64,000 nt of DNA, taken from Octopus vulgaris. Taxonomy: Eukaryota. The stretch covers positions 35,836,001 to 35,900,000 of the forward strand of contig OX597822.1 in assembly GCA_951406725.2 (NCBI GenBank), in the 5' to 3' direction. The translations under genes were made by a program, and so were the position numbers. The notes under the pieces are model-generated. The model saw only the letters and a list, made by a program, of their open reading frames with translations. It ran no database searches and was not told where the DNA came from. Positions 41,743-58,149 of the stretch are shown here, piece after piece. The first letter of the stretch is position 1, and each line of letters starts with the position of its first letter.

Positions 41743-43147
41743 CATACATATATATGGCTGCATGCATGTGTGTGTCTTCGTATTTTTTTAGTCCCCTACA
41801 CTATCATTTGACAACCATTGTTGGTGTACTAATGCCACTATAACTTAGCAGTTTGGTAAAAGTGACTGATAGAATAAGTACCAAACTTTAAAAAAAGTAA
41901 GTCCTGGGATTGATTTATTCCTCTAGAAATTTTCCAAGGTGGTGCCCCAGCATGGCTGATGTCTGATGACTGAAACAAGTAAAAGATAAAAGAAAATAGT
42001 ATTTATTTGAGGGACTTTGGCTTCTATTTCTAGCAAGTCAAATAACCAGGTACAAACTTTTTTTTCTTACTGCTAACAGAGTCAATAGCTTCCCCCAACT
42101 CTCTCTAACCCCTTTTTTGTTTCTTTTAAGTCAACTTAATATACTTTTACAACAGCCAGCCCCCCAGTATAAATTAGGTCACCTAACTATCAAAATTTAT
42201 CTACTTCTTGTAGTGAGATGAGGAGGGCTTCCACCGTAAATTCTTCCTATATATCTCTCTGTCACATCTGAAGTCATGATTCTATGTCAATATACCAAAG
42301 ATTTCACAGTATTTTTTATATACTTATATTTTCACCAAATCTTCAGTATCAAGTTTCTCCTCATTCCTTTCCTGACTGTTTATTAAGGTCACTTCTTAGA
42401 TGGAGAAGGGTTAGAATTTTCTATAACAAATTATTCTTCTCATGTCTATGACAATGTTAAAAATTAGTTCTAATGAACAAACAACACCTTGAAAACTCTC
42501 TCCCCTGGGGGTATACAAACCAAGACAAAACAGCTACAAATAACATTGAAATGGGAATCTTGTATTTATTTTTCTTTTGTCAGTGAACCAGGGGTGGGGG
42601 CAGTGCCTATGACCCTTTACAGGGCATCGAAATGTGATGGGAGGGAGGAATTATTCCTCAAGCTAGAGAAATAACCCAAATACCTACATCAGAATGAACT
42701 CTACTAAAAGAACTCCAAAGCCAGGTGTTGATATTAAACAGGGCTTTTAACAAAATCTTCTGGATATTAACTCTTTGAAATCAAGAGATTTGAATATCTG
42801 CAAAAGCAAATTTCCAATTTAAAAAAAAAAATCAAATTTTTAAAATATTATCTAAACCAGAAACTGATAAGATTTAAGGGACTTCCAGCTGCAGCAATAC
42901 ATACATAATTATATATATATATATTCTTTTATGTTTTTACTTGTTTCAGTCATTTGACTGCGGCCATGCTGGAGCACCGCTTTAAAAGGTTTTTTAGTTG
43001 AAGAAATTAACCAGGACGTATTTTCTGTAAGCCTCTTACTTATTCTATCAGTGTCTTTCATCAAACTGCAGGATTATGGGGACATAAACACACCAATATC
43101 GGTTGTCAAGCGATGGGGGGATAAACATAGAGGACACACACTCATAA

Positions 43148-43279
<132 letters not shown>

Positions 43280-43286
43280 GTATATA

Positions 43287-43341
<55 letters not shown>

Positions 43342-43399
43342 ATATATACATATATATACATATATATGATGGGCTTCTTTCAGTTTCTGTCTACTCACA

Positions 43400-44055
43400 A
43401 GGATGAACAGCATATTGCTGTTTAAGATTTTTAGTTGATCCTATATATATGGTTGTAGAATTGTGTGACATGTTGAGGACAGTGCATTTATAAATTATAT
43501 TAGACCTTTTGCAATGGGTTTGTAGAGGGCAGATGGTCCCAGATGGCAGATACATGGTAGGGATTATTCTCAGGAATGTAGGGGGTAATACTGTCAGAGG
43601 AGAAGTTAGAGATGGAGGTAGACTGGTCTATGTTATTAATATTATTATTATTCTTATCATTACTATTTCTATCATTGTTGTTATTTATCCTATCTGTAAT
43701 AGTGGTGGAAGTTGTGGTAGTAGTGTTCTGGTCAGTGTTAGTGGAATTGGTAGGGTTTCCATGGTGGTCTACAGTATAAGGTTCGATATTGGAGCTATGT
43801 ATATGTTGGGTGCTCATGTATTCAGAGTTGTTACAATCCAAATTTTGATAATAGAGAGAAAGTTTCCACTTATTAGAAGCTGTTATGATAGACTCAAAGT
43901 TGGGTGGGGAGGAGTAGGAGAGCTTTAAGGTAGATCTATTAAAGATAGAGTAATATTTATGTTGATGAGGGAAGTTGGAGTCTAGTATATTAAGAAAGGA
44001 TTTAGGTAAGTTCTTAACGTTTAGTGGGAAGTGGGGTGTATACCATAGAATAGAG
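43400..44055 (-). mobile_element. Penelope-like element: RT C-terminal linker and GIY-YIG endonuclease fragment
   Basis: LWYTPHFPLNVKNLPKSFLNILDSNFPHQHKYYSIFNRSTLKLSYS; CPLQTHCKRSNIIYKCTV...IYIGST. Confidence 0.9.
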
Positions 44056-44059
44056 TGTC

Positions 44060-44695
44060 CAGTGCTCCTTCTAGCTAGGAATCTAACTAACCTAACCCCA
44101 CTAGAAATTAACATAATCCTTAATGCCCATAAAACTCTTATTTCTTTTAAGGACAAGCTTTGGTGCCAGGTCAACCACCATAACTATATCAATAACCCTA
44201 ACAAATTATTTGACATTACTATGGGATCATCCAACTCTGCCCAAGTCACAAACCTCGCCGGACTATAGATACTCCACCAGCTCCAAGTACATTTCCCTAA
44301 CATCAAGGGAGACTTCTACAGAGATGACACCTTGCTAACCACAAAAAGCTTAAATAAATCCTCTTTAGAACGAACTAGGAAAGATCTGCACAAATTTTTC
44401 TTTAACTTCAATCTATCTATTACTTTTGAAAATTCCCACAAAACCAGTAATTTTCTAGATGTAACTTTAAACTTAGAAACCTCCCAATACTCCCCATATC
44501 ACAAACCTAACCAATACCTTAAACACTAATTCCAATCACTACAAATCCACCTTTGATAATATAGTTAAGGGTATCTCAATTCGTATATCTGACCTCTCAT
44601 CCACTGAGGAAATATTTGATAACCATGCCCCATATTACAACCAAGCACTCGCTGCTAGCGGCTTCTCTCAACAAACAAAATACATCCCTAATACT
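44060..44695 (+). mobile_element. Penelope-like element RT domain fragment, inverted relative to 43400-44055
   Basis: FDITMGS..AQVTNLAGL, YRDD, NFLDVTLNL, YHKPN, RISDLSSTEEIF...YYNQALAASGF. Confidence 0.92.
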
Positions 44696-44807
44696 ACACA
44701 TATGGGCATGCTTATGCATATGTATGCAGATGTATGTATGTATGTATGGTGTATGTATGTATGTATGTGTGTGTATGTGTGTGTGTGCAAGTATGTTGCT
44801 TTATATG

Positions 44808-45615
44808 AGTTGCTTAATATGAGTGGAATGTTCTTTTCATTTCTCTGTTTCTTTTTTAGGAGAAGAATTCGATGATTCTATGGTCTTTAACGCATTATTT
44901 CAGTCTTTCAAGTGTTCAAACTGCTGGCTTTCCATATCATCCTTGGACACTTTTGAAGTCGACATTCAGCACTTAAGCAGACCTTTTTATGCAGTTCTTT
45001 GTTGTCATTAATTTCTTGGCAGGCTTTTTGATGTATTCAATCATAGCATCAACAGTGCATACCTTTTTAGAAAACACTTTGTCTGTAACAACACCCCAAA
45101 AGAAAAATGCCCAGGTGTATTAGGTCTGGCGATCTTGGTGGCCAATCTATTGGGCCTCCTCAGCTGATCCATAAGTTTGTCAACTCTTTGTTCAGATAAT
45201 CACAAACCACAAGTGTATTGTGTGGAGGGACCCCATTTGTTGGAAATAAAAGTCATCACTGCCTTATTGCTGTTTCGCAGATGACCCTAGTCTACTCAAA
45301 TTTGACACATATTCTATAAACTGCTAAACTTGACGGAGCAGGTCTTTGAAATTCCTCAGTCTATTTCTGTCGCGCCATTTCTGTATTCTCTGTTTTCCAA
45401 TACTGCTCAATGATCCAGTTTCATTCATCATTAGTCAATTTCCAGCCACAACTATAAATATCTGAAATTAGGAATGATTATTTGATTATCGAAAGAATTA
45501 GTAAAAAAAAAACAAAAAACAACATAGAATCATAAAATTCTTATCCTGAAAAAAGAATTAGAGAAATGAAAAGAACATTCCACTCATATTAAGCAACTGT
45601 ATACCTACACCCCTG
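44808..45615 (-). mobile_element. Decayed Tc1/mariner-superfamily transposon
   Basis: WIS*GGPIDWPPRSPDL motif; inverted repeats GTTGCTTAATATGAGTGGAATGTTCTTTTCATTTCTCT at 44809-44848 and 45560-45598. Confidence 0.88.
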
Positions 45616-45647
45616 TGTATGTATGTGTGTATGTGTTTATGTCTGTG

Positions 45648-45705
<58 letters not shown>

Positions 45706-45713
45706 TGTGTATG

Positions 45714-45746
<33 letters not shown>

Positions 45747-45803
45747 ATATATGTATGTATGTATGTATATATATATACATACATACATATATATCTATCT
45801 ATC

Positions 45804-45844
<41 letters not shown>

Positions 45845-45986
45845 GTGTGTGTGTGTTTATCTGTATGCTTTATCTCTATACTCACATGTTATCAGTAACA
45901 TGTCTTTTCTTCTCATTGTATTTTGGCAAGTTAATCAGCAAACTGGCTAGAATTCTTCTGTTGGTTAGTTTTATGACCCTCTAAAG

Positions 45987-46384
<398 letters not shown>

Positions 46385-46861
46385 TTTAGATTCTGTCACT
46401 TGCTCTCTAATTGCATTCTCAACCAACATATTCTGTCTACATTTTAAATGGTTGTCTACATATGAGTTCATCATACACTTTTCGCTATACACATATATAC
46501 ACAATGTATTTATCTCATTCTACTTCTTCTGGGATAATTTTACTCTTCAATCTCTATACTTTATTTCCAACATATTTTACAGATTTTCTGTGATAATGTT
46601 TTCTGTATAAACTACACTTCATTTTTGAAGTTCCAACGAAGCTATAGGATGATGCACAAGCATTCAACTTTGTGCGTATTACATCTTATAGCAGAAACGA
46701 CTGTTAGCTAATGAAGTTCATAACATAATCGTTAACTCCTAAAATTTATTTAATCTCATATTACTGCTTAGTACTCAACCAACTCTTCTTTCTGAAGCAT
46801 ATAAGTATTGAGTTCTGGTACCAGATTACTGGAATCCCTGGACCTAAGTGAAAAAACACAC

Positions 46862-47029
46862 ATGAAGGGGTGCTGAAAAGTTCCTGGCTCTGAGTAAAAG
46901 AAAATACAAGAAGATCAGTTAATTATGATTTTATTCAACATATTCCCCTCTCAGATTCACACACTTATTGCAGCATCCCTTTAGTTTTTCTAAGCCCTGT
47001 AAAAGTACTTAAAGAAACTTTTCAGCACA

Positions 47030-47031
<2 letters not shown>
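46862..47031. mobile_element. Mariner-like MITE
   Basis: GTGCTGAAAAGTT / AACTTTTCAGCAC inverted termini. Confidence 0.6.
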
Positions 47032-47111
<80 letters not shown>

Positions 47112-47444
47112 GCATATATATATATGGAAGAGGTATATATATATGTATATATTGGGTATGGGGTAGATGAGTTCAGCAAAAATTTAGATTCAGATAAATA
47201 TGGTATTTAAGTTGAGGCACCAGAATTTAGTAGGGTATTATCCATACAATTTCAAAGTAAGGTGATTATATCCTTATTGCTTATTTTGATATATATATGT
47301 GTGTGTGTGTGAGGGGTGTGTGTGTGGGGGGTGTATGTGTGTGTGTGTGTGTGTGTATACAGGTCTACAGTTGATGATATATTAGCCCTTATCAGCTTCT
47401 GATTAATATCATTATATCATTATTTGTGTATGTATGTGTGTGTG

Positions 47445-47483
<39 letters not shown>

Positions 47484-47563
47484 ATGTGTGGGTGTGTGTG
47501 TGTGTACATATATATTTCTACAGTTGAAGATATGTTAGCCCTTATCACCTTCAGATTAATATC

Positions 47564-47625
<62 letters not shown>

Positions 47626-47917
47626 AGTGTGTGTGTGAGTGTGTTTGAGGGTGGGGGTGTAGATATACATATGTTTTTCAGCTACAGGATGGCAACTATG
47701 CCTGAGTTCTGTCATAAAAGTTTTAGTCAATGAAATTAGCTCCAGAACTGGACTAAAAACTAGGTCTTATTTTACTGGCCCCTAAACAGCAGATAGCTTT
47801 ATTCCAGCTAAACTGAGACCTTTGGAAGTGACAGTGGCTTTTCTTTATGCCTGTAACAAACAGATTGACAATGATCATAACATCATCGGAGTTGCCTAAA
47901 GATTCCATGATAGTAAT

Positions 47918-48515
<598 letters not shown>

Positions 48516-49558
48516 TCATTTAGCTTTTACTTGTTTCAGTCATTGGACTACAGCCATACTGGAGCACCTTGAAGGGGTTTATTCGAATGATCCACTCCAG
48601 TACTAATTTTTTTACACCTGGTACTTAGACACCCATGCCAGTGACACATCAAAGGCACCCGGTACTCTCTGCAAAGTGGTTGGCATTAGGAAGGGCATCC
48701 ATCTATAGAAACCAAGCTGACACAGGCAACTGGAGCCCTGGTGCAGCTCTTTGGCTTACAAGCTCTGGTCAAACAATTTAACCCATGCCAGCATGGAAAA
48801 CAGACATTAAATGATGATGATGATGATGATGATGAGGAGGAGGAGGAGGAGGAAAGATGAATAGATATATAGACAGACAGATAGATACATACTTACATAC
48901 ATACACAAACACACACATGCACACACATACAGACATAGACACATATACACACATATATATCCACACATGTCTGTGTGTGTGTGTACATACACACACACAC
49001 ACATACATGGTAAGCTTCTGCATAATTTCTGTCAACCAAATTTACTTGCAAGTACTACTGGTCAAATTTACTTGCAAATTTACTTGCAAAGTACTACTGG
49101 TCAATCCTTGGCTTTGATAGAAGGCATTTGCCAAAGTGCCACACATTGAGGCTGAACCCAAAACCATTATGGTTGCAAAACAAATTTCTTAACCACACAG
49201 CCATATCTCAAAAAATTAAGCAACTAATGCTTTCAAAATGTATTTATACATATCAGATAACAATGAAATATGTTTTTATTTATAAAACCCAAAAAAATAT
49301 ATGGCAGGGAGTTAAAAAAACAACTCTGCAGCTGTAACTCATAAAACCTTAAAAAGTTTCGAATTTAAGAAAAAAAATTAAAAAGGAGATTTTTTAAAAA
49401 TTGGAGCAAATACATCATGGAAAACCATTCTACCCATTTAATAGCACATAAAACTCTTGAATTCATATTAAATATATTTCACGAGATAATTTCTTTTTAC
49501 ACACATCTGCAATAAGGTCACTGATGTAGTACCACTAGAAATATCTGTAATTTCTCTT

Positions 49559-49897
49559 TATTATCTCCGCCTTAGTGAAGGCAGAGGTATTGTTTTCAGT
49601 TGTGTTTGTTTGTTTGTTTGTCCATGGATAAGATATCCCAAGAACCACTGGATGGATTTGGATAAAACTTTCAGGGATGTTTGGCCTCGGGACTGGCACA
49701 AACTGATTAGATTTTTGTATCAATCCAGTACCAGGCAAGGATTCTGGATTATTTTTCCTGTTTTTTTTTACTTAATTTTTGAGAGCCGTCAAGTTTATTT
49801 CAGATATTCTCATTTTAGAAGTCATCTCTGGCTAATCATTGAGAGAACATTAGTGTTGCCTTGGCGGAAGTTTGTCCTCTCTGAGTGCTCTTGTTTT
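49559..49897 (+). mobile_element. Helentron-associated non-autonomous element (HINE/DINE-1-like)
   Basis: 5' TTATTATCTCCGCC..GGCAGAGGTATTG, (GTTT)n, 3' GGCGGAAG subterminal repeat, ..CTCTCTGAGTG hairpin remnant, T-rich ends. Confidence 0.7.
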
Positions 49898-50156
49898 ATC
49901 TTTTATCTTTATTTTTTATTTGTTTCAGTTATTAGACTGTGGCCAAGCTGGGGCATCGCCTTGAAGAATTGTTAATCAAATGAATTGATTCCAGGGTTTA
50001 CTTTGATTTTTTTTTTTTTTCTAAGCCTGGTACTTATTCTACCATTCCTTTGCCAAACTACTAAGTTACAGGGATGTTAACACACCAACACCAGTTGTCA
50101 TGTGGTGGTGGAGAATAAACGCATACACACACATGTACGCACACACAGGCACACAC

Positions 50157-50203
<47 letters not shown>

Positions 50204-50205
<2 letters not shown>

Positions 50206-51093
50206 GGATGCAGTGAGTAAACTGTCGTCTAAATCACGCAAAAAAGAAAATAACACTGACATCTCATTTTAACAGATATATTTACCAAAATTAAATAAAC
50301 AATATCTGGAAATACAAAACAGTAAATTTATTCAATAAAATCGCCATTGGCTTCAACCATGGCCTCCAGATGACTTCAGAGTCTCCTGCAACTCTTCTGA
50401 ACAGTCTCCTTGCTTAAGTTGGTGAATGCTGCCATAACCTTTGCCTTCAGTTCATCTTTGGTGTTACAAAGAGTTTTGTTAGTCTCTGGCTCAACTGCAC
50501 CTTACACATAATAATCAAGAGGGTTGCGATCTGGAGAGTTAGGTGGCCAGATGATAGAGGTGATGTGGTCACAGAAATTGTCTGACAGCCATGACTGGGT
50601 TCTCCTGCTTGTATGGCATGCTGCAGAGTCCTGTTGTCTGATACAGGGTCTTCCAGCAGCCACCCTCTTCCCTCAGGGCAGCACTACCTCTTCCAGGCAC
50701 TTGAAGTAGGCCTCCATGTTGAGTCTGAGACCATATGGTAAGATGAATGGAGGCATAACGTTACCATCACTAGTGATCACTCCAAACACCATGATGTTGA
50801 CTGGATGTTCCATTTTTACAACTCTCGGTACATGTCCTCAGATTGCAATGTCCTGAGATTGACATCCAAACACTCTGAAATATTCATATTGGAGCTTCCA
50901 ACATGAATGCCAAGCAGTACAGCATATTGTTTCCAAATTTCTGGCAGAGTGAATCACAGCATGGTGCTGTTTTTCTCACAGAGGGTGCCCAACTGACCCT
51001 ACTGTACTGTGTAGTCAACAAAATCAAAAACAAATGATGCACATGTGTGAAATTAAAAATATGAAATGGTGACAATTTACCCATCACACCCTG
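50204..51093 (-). mobile_element. Decayed maT/DD37D-like Tc1/mariner transposon
   Basis: KHPVNIMVFGVITSDG...QQDSAACHT...WPPNSPDRNPLDY; TIRs CAGGATGCAGTGAGTAAACTGTC / GACAATTTACCCATCACACCCTG; TA on the left flank. Confidence 0.88.
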
Positions 51094-51721
51094 ATTATAT
51101 ATCATCATCATCATCATCGTCGTCGTTTAGCGTCCGCTTTCCATGCTGGCATGGGTAGGACGGTTCAACTGGGGTCTGGGAAGCCAGAAGGCTGCACCAG
51201 GCCCAGTCTGATCTGGCAATGTTTCTACAGCTGGATGCCCTTCCTAACGCCAATATATATATATATATATATATATATAATGGGCTTCTTTCAGTTTCCC
51301 TCTACTAAATCCATTCACAAGGCTTTTGTTGGCCCAAGGTGATAGTAGAAAACACTTGCTCATGGTGTCATGAAGTGGGACTGAAGCAAGCTTCTTACCA
51401 CAATTAAAAAATTTTTAAACACAATCTATGTTTTGTTTTTTTTTACCTTCTGAGTTCAAATACCACCAAGGTTAACTTTACTTTTCTTCCCTCCAGGGTC
51501 AATTAAAAGTACCAGTCAAGTAGTGCAATTGATGTAATAGACTAAATTCCTTCCTTCAAAATTCCTGACCTGATGTCAAAAGAAGAAACCATTGTTGTTC
51601 AAATCGTTAACACATCAAACAAAATGCTTAGCAGATCTAACTCTTTATATTCTGAGTTCAAATACCACCAGTGTTGACTTTACCTTTTATCTTTTTGGGG
51701 TCGATAAAATAAGTACCAGTT

Positions 51722-52059
51722 GGTTGGGGAGTGCTGAAAGGGGTCTTAGGGAGAAGTGCCCCTGCCTTCCTGAGCTTGTTTTCCACTACATTTCTTAAAA
51801 ATTGTGGTAGAGGCCTTGGTCTTGAGATCTCTCATGTCTAGAAACTGAGGTTAGGGGTAAGCAAGGGCATACTCCCCATAGAAAATCCAGCTCTAAAAAG
51901 CCTCATGATAGCAAGGGAGAATGGGTACCAGCCAGCCAGCCCAAAGGTTGGGGTGGGCTGCACCTGCCTACCTTGGTTGCTATGGCATTGCGGTAGATCC
52001 GGCCACCCCCGTTAACGAGGATAAAACCTGGATTTAAAACACTGCATGATGATGATGAT
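51722..52059 (+). mobile_element. Retroelement 3' end with (GAT)n tail, inserted in a family-M SINE
   Basis: GC-richer segment ending GCATGATGATGAT; the SINE sequence resumes afterwards (TGAGCACTGGGATCGATG). Confidence 0.55.
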
Positions 52060-52519
52060 GCTGAGCACTGGGATCGATGTTGTAGCTGACTATCCCCTTC
52101 ACCTAAAATTGCTGGCCCTGTGCCAAAATTTGAAGTCATTATAAAGTTGGTGAGCTAGCAGAATTGTCAGTTATCTTTCTTTCTCCCTTTTTTGTTGCCT
52201 GTTTTGGCTTGGTTTCTACAGAGAGATGCCCTTCCTAATGCCAACCACTTTACAGAATGTACTGGGTGCCATTGACATATCACCAGCATGGGTACCTAAG
52301 TACCAGGTGTAAAAAATTAGTGCTGGAGTGGATCATTCGACCAAATCCCTTCAAGGTGCTCCAATACGGTTGAAACAAGTCAACTTTGTCTTTCTCCCTT
52401 TCAAGGTCAATATAATAAGTAGAATTTAAGTAATAGGGTCAATGTAGTCATGTAACCTCACTCACAGGAAATTTTAGGCCTTGTGCCTAGAGCAAAAACC
52501 TAAAGAAATTATTAAGATA

Positions 52520-52915
52520 GGCGCAGGAGTGGCTGTGTGGTAAGTAGCTTGCTAACCAACCACATGGTTCCGGGTTCAGTCCCACTGCGTGGCATCTTGG
52601 GTAAGTGTCTTCTGCTATAGCCCCGGGCCGACCAATGCCTTGTGAGTGGATTTGGTAGACAGAAACTGAAAGAAGCCTGTCGTATATATGTATATATATA
52701 TATGTATGTGTGTGTGTGTTTGTCCCCCTAGCATTGCTTGACAGCCGATGCTGGTGTGTTTACGTCCCCGTCACTTAGCGGTTCGGCAAAAGAGACCGAT
52801 AGAATAAGTACTGGGCTTACAAAGAATAAGTCCCGGGGTCGATTTGCTCGACTAAAGGCGGTGCTCCAGCATGGCCGCAGTCAAATGACTGAAACAAGTA
52901 AAAGAGTAAAAGAGA
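52520..52915 (+). mobile_element. tRNA-derived SINE family K, full-length young copy; >12 other copies (e.g. 3200, 7225, 9650, 20748, 23970, 40880, 62069)
   Basis: A-box TGGCTGTGTGG, B-box GGTTCAGTCCC, internal TA/TG microsatellite, tail CTGAAACAAGTAAAAGAG. Confidence 0.9.
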
Positions 52916-53043
52916 AAGAGTATGGTAAGCTGACAGAATCAATAATGAGTAATGCTTGCAGTATTTCCTCTGGTTTTACATCCTGCACTCAAATCCTGCC
53001 AAGGTTAACTTTGCTCTTAATCCTTTTCGGATCAATGAATTAA

Positions 53044-53488
53044 CCCTTTCGTTACCAACCTGGCTGAAACCGGCTCTGGCTCTGAGTACAAATGTCTTGT
53101 TTTCATAAGTTTTGAATTAAAATCTTCCACCAAACCTTAGTCACAATTTATGTTCCTAACACTAGCTGAATGATAACTAAGTTATTTTACTAAATTCTTT
53201 GTTATATTTAACCCTTTCGTTACTGTATTTATTTTGAGATGCTCTGTGTTTCTTTCAATTACTTTAAAAATAACAAAGAAGTTAGTAAAATATCTTAGTT
53301 ATTATTCAGCGAGTATTAGGAACAGAAATTGCGACTAAGGTTTGGTGGAAGATTTTAATTCAAAACTTACGGAAACAAGACATTTGTACTACAGAGCCAG
53401 AGCTGATTCCAGCCAGGTTGGTAACAAAAGGGTTAAAGTAATTGAAAGAAACACAGAGCATCTCAAAATAAATACAGTAACAAAAGGG
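53044..53488. mobile_element. piggyBac-type MITE (~220 bp) with a second copy (53212-53432) nested in inverted orientation
   Basis: TTAA at 53040-43, 53208-11, 53433-36, 53489-92; termini CCCTTTCGTTAC / GTAACAAAAGGG. Confidence 0.92.
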
Positions 53489-54499
53489 TTAAAATACCAG
53501 TAACCTTCTGGGAATGATAGTATCGACTAATCTCCTCCAATTAAATTTGGTGACCTAGTGCCAAAGTTTGAAAGAATTGTTGTTGTTGTTGCTGTTGTTG
53601 CGTAAGAGAGAGTAGTGCATGCCATCAAAGTGACACTGGTGTATGAATATACAAAGACCAATATACCTATCATGACAGTTTTTTGGCACTCTGCCGGTTA
53701 CAACGACGAGGGTCCCAGTTGATTCCCATCAACAGAACAGCCTGCTCATGAAATTAACATACAAGTGGCTGAGCACTCCACAGACATGCATACCCTTAGC
53801 GTACTTCTTGGAGAGATTCACCGTGACACAGAATGTAACCAGGCTGGCCCTTTGAAATACAGGTACAACTCATTTTTGTCAGCTGGGGCAACATGAAATA
53901 AAGTGTCTTGCTCAAGAACATAATGCGCCACCAGGAATTGAACTCAAGACCATACGACCGTGAGCCAATTACTCCTAACCACAATGTCACATGACTTCAC
54001 AACCCATCATGATTATACGCCTGATAAGGATACACCAGGCATATTGATCACAACCATTTGTGTGCAAAGTAGTGATCTCGTATCAAGATAGACAATGCAT
54101 GACCTTGCAGGTGGGACTCAGTTGGAATTTTCTTCAGGTTGAGTAGCCCATCCCATCAAAAAGGTCCATGAAGAAGAGTTGTTTAAGGATAGTGAATGAA
54201 GCACCCATGTTTCCAGAAGTGAATTATTCGAGCCCCAAAGAATCCCTCTTGACACATGGCTATGATTCTCTTCCAAGAATATTTGCTGTAGCACATCTTT
54301 TTGCTCCAAGACAAAACATGTACGTGATAACACTTCCAATCAGTTATGATCAGAAGCCATGAGAACCTGAGAACCACCGCCTGATATTGCAACATCATCA
54401 TCATCATCACCATCACCCCTATCACCCCCCACCCACCCCCACCCCCCCTTCATTATCATCATCATCATCATCATCATCATCACCACCATCACCATCATT

Positions 54500-54776
54500 G
54501 TCGTCATCTCAGATTTTGTTAGAACTTCTGGAGTGTTGCATGCGTAGCAGGCTTGCTAACTACAGCTTATGGCACCATGCTATTTGTTCTCTGATGATTC
54601 TGGCTATGTCAATGAGGCAAACTTTTTGCAGGCAGCTCCAATGAGCAGACTATTTTCATTTCCTTTATATTCCTCTCAATACCTTCTGGTACTGTCCTCA
54701 AGGCCCCAACAATAATTGTGCCATCTTCACCTTTTTTTTTTATTTATCACAGTCAAGCTATCTCAGATTTAAGAGG

Positions 54777-54778
<2 letters not shown>
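54500..54778 (-). mobile_element. R4/Dong-type non-LTR element C-terminal (restriction-like endonuclease) fragment
   Basis: PLKSEIA*L*...TIIVGALRTVPEGIERNIK...ARIIR resembles the IVGALG...LQK..LLGTARI C-terminus. Confidence 0.65.
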
Positions 54779-56707
<1,929 letters not shown>

Positions 56708-56913
56708 GAGCTACCAGAATCATTAGCCCGCTGGGCAAAATGCTTAGTGACATTTCGTCCATCTTCAGGTTCTGAATTCATATTCTGCCAAGCTCAACTT
56801 TGCCTTTCATCTTTTCGGGTCAATAAAATAAAGTACCAGTTATGCACTGGGATCAATGTAATCAATCTACCTTTTCCCTAAAATTGCTGACCTTGTGCCA
56901 AAATTTGAAACCA

Positions 56914-56972
<59 letters not shown>

Positions 56973-56978
56973 CGTGAA

Positions 56979-57080
56979 GGCGCATGGCTCAGTGGTTAGA
57001 GCATCAAGCTTATGATCATGAAGTTGTGAGTTCGAATCCCGGACCAGGCTGCATGTTGTGTTCTTGAGCAAGACACTTTA
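56979..57080 (+). mobile_element. tRNA-derived SINE family C, 5' part; minus-strand copies at about 2500-2700, 15250-15535, 21110-21340, 24750-25015, 25680-25895, 53690-53995
   Basis: GGCGCATGGCTCAGTGGTTAGAGC A-box, GAGTTCGAATCCC B-box, CTTGAGCAAGACACTTTA. Confidence 0.8.
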
Positions 57081-58149
57081 CAAAAATTCTAAAGTATGGT
57101 ATTTCAAGTTTATAACATAGAGTACAAAGATAATCAACTCAGTTTAGTTAATCTTAGGAGTCACTTAAGTGATGAGATGTTTCATTTTGTGAAAGTTGTC
57201 CTTGTTTTGTACCAAGCTCAAGGTCATTCTATGTGTAAATATTTGACATTTCCATAGAAAGAAGTTAGAAGACTGTTTGAAAAGATCCAGCCTAAAGCAA
57301 TTAAGGTACCACATACCAAAGAAACAAGCTTGCATACCATATGAACATTGCAAATCAAACATAATAAATGTGTAAACAAATTTCTGTGAGTCAGTATGTC
57401 ACACTTAGACCACCTCTCTCACTAGTCAATGACACTCCTACTATTCCTCATGTTGGTGTGAGAGTAATAGTAGGTGTAGAGACAGTGAGGTTGGTGGTGA
57501 AGACAGACAGAGAGTGAGAGAGGAAGAAAGAAAAGAGAGGGAAAAAAAGAGAGACAAAGAAATTTAGGGAGAGTTGATGCTCTTTTATTAAAAGTAGTAG
57601 TGTTGATGGTGGCAGTGGGAGTAATAAGAAAAGAGAGAGAAAGAGTGGGTATGAGAGAGAAACCGGGGGGGGGGGGTGATGTACAACTTTGTTTAACCAT
57701 GTCTCTTTTACAGAAATTCCTGTCGCCAACATACTGAACACTACCATTTTTGTTTTCTTTTTTGCTTTCTTTAATAAATACACACAAACACACACACCTT
57801 AACTGAAATAAAGTTACCCCAACATCAAACATATCTAATATAATAAATCTGAATGTCAGTGCGTCACACGCTTTCAACTTTAATAAGTCTTTTCTACTGG
57901 AAGAACAAAGCCTCAAATTTTGGGGCTAAACCCGTAAGGGGCTAAACACAGAGAGGACAAACAAGGACAGACAAACGGATTAAGTCGACTATATCGACCC
58001 CAGTGCGTAACTAGTACTTATTTAATCGACCCCGGAAGGATGAAAGGCAAAGTCGACCTCGGCGGAATTTGAACTCAGAACGTAGCGGCAGACGAAATAC
58101 TGCTAAGCATTTCGCCCAGTGTGCTAATGATTCTGCCAGTTCACCGCTT

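Noticed and set aside
42150-42880. Possible host exon or decayed L1/Tx1 fragment
   Set aside because: Multiple stops in the frames I read and no motif I could identify with confidence; needs tblastx
56979-57050. tRNA genes (also at 11201 and 52520)
   Set aside because: A and B boxes are present but run into SINE bodies; no complete cloverleaf
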